Virus record (IMG/VR): IMGVR_UViG_3300024251_000111
Coordinates: 1 to 26,191 of that record
Length of the DNA: 26,191 nucleotides
Origin: a virus
Taxonomy: Duplodnaviria; Caudoviricetes
Direction: 5' to 3' (one strand)
A model generated the notes under the pieces. That model was not told the DNA's origin. It worked only from the letters and a program-made list of their open reading frames with translations, and did no database searches. Below, one piece after another: positions 25,708-26,191 of this stretch (the first letter of the stretch is position 1; each line of letters begins with the position of its first letter). The translations under genes and the position numbers were made by a program.

Positions 25708-25966
25708 CGGGCACCTCCCAATCCGGTCCCATGTTGATAATGGCTTCCCAGTCGTGGCCTATCGTTCCACCTGTCCACACTAGCCCTCTACGCTCGAAAA
25801 ATATATGAGTAAACATTGATCCCAAATGCCTGTAGCGGTCAGGAGCAATCGCCTCTGTAACAAGCCACCCATATGCATGAGGGATGGCGACAAGTATCAC
25901 CTTGTCGCCCACCTCTATTGGCCATTTGCCTTCATACCCCTCAGGCCGCTCCCCCATCGTTAACAT
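25691..25966 (-). CDS. Hypothetical protein (KOW-like IEVGDKV)
   Basis: GGAGGT RBS, coupled. Confidence 0.6.
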   Translation of the reverse strand: MLTMGERPEGYEGKWPIEVGDKVILVAIPHAYGWLVTEAIAPDRYRHLGSMFTHIFFERRGLVWTGGTIGHDWEAIINMGPDWEVPDVKDT

Positions 25967-26191
25967 AGATCACCTCCCCAAACGGCGGCTTGAATTGCTT
26001 ATCTCCCTTGAGCACAACCCAGAGCACCGGATACGCTGGCTTAGCCTCGGTGCATGAGCCATACCCGTCGGTGAAATAAATCGCCACCTTTGGCTCGATT
26101 CGTTTCTCTTGCAGCAGTTTAAACGGCGCGTTGAATGACGTGCCGCCCCTCCCCACCACATTGAACGTCTCGGGGAGCCTCTCGAACTCCT
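25941..26191 (-). CDS. VWA-like domain protein (DUF2201 C-terminal type), 5'-partial
   Basis: GRGGTSF.P.F, IYFTDGYG, YPVLWV; the frame stays open to the window edge. Confidence 0.85.
   Translation of the reverse strand, partial: EFERLPETFNVVGRGGTSFNAPFKLLQEKRIEPKVAIYFTDGYGSCTEAKPAYPVLWVVLKGDKQFKPPFGEVIYVNDGGAA
26117..26127. repeat. GTTTAAAC-core motif copy 8
   Basis: GTTTAAACGGC; shares GTTTAAACGGCGCGTT with copy 7. Confidence 0.8.

Larger units (their letters stand above)
1..26191. mobile_element. Segment of a tailed dsDNA phage/prophage genome (podovirus-like)
   Basis: Scaffold-capsid-adaptor-nozzle-ejection gene order with no tape measure or tail tube; converging replication module with PolA, annealase and nuclease; dense translational coupling. 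Confidence 0.95.

Noticed and set aside
3183-26127. Repeated palindrome plus Cas4-like gene as a CRISPR system
   Set aside because: Copies are 11-13 bp, irregularly spaced hundreds to thousands of bases apart, with no spacer periodicity and no cas1/cas2; the nuclease sits in a phage recombination module
1-26191. Stop-codon reassignment
   Set aside because: Genes tile densely under the standard code, and TAA, TGA and TAG all act as coupled stops
1-26191. tRNA or rRNA genes, integrase or att sites
   Set aside because: No cloverleaf-like sequence or recombinase motifs recognised; non-coding gaps are few and short

Overview
A 26 kb internal segment of a GC-rich tailed dsDNA phage or prophage with podovirus-like architecture. 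No integrase, terminase or portal is in view. An Acidobacteria-like host is weakly suggested by an ASH/choice-of-anchor-D Ig domain. The + strand (1-15465) carries the late module: scaffold, major capsid, small head proteins, tail fibre, adaptor, nozzle, four probable ejection proteins and lysis genes. The - strand (14775-26191) carries the early/replication module: SleB-like hydrolase, HNH, metallophosphoesterase, a string of small coupled ORFs, a family A DNA polymerase split into UDG-exonuclease and polymerase ORFs, a DUF669-like SSB, a Bet/RecT-like annealase, a Cas4/AddB-like nuclease and a VWA protein; an AAA helicase lies inverted within it. The most unusual signals are: (1) a PolA that keeps its catalytic residues but has the whole nascent-base-pair/steric-gate network replaced (E. 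coli R668, E710, Y766, N845, Q849); (2) a tail fibre with a Sec signal peptide and 12 paired cysteines; (3) a circularly permuted Cas4/AddB-like nuclease; (4) an 11-bp motif GCCGTTTAAAC present 8 times, including in three structured intergenic gaps; (5) a catalytically dead histidine phosphatase among virion genes; (6) interleaved opposite-strand lysis genes. All family calls come from motif recognition by eye, not database searches.
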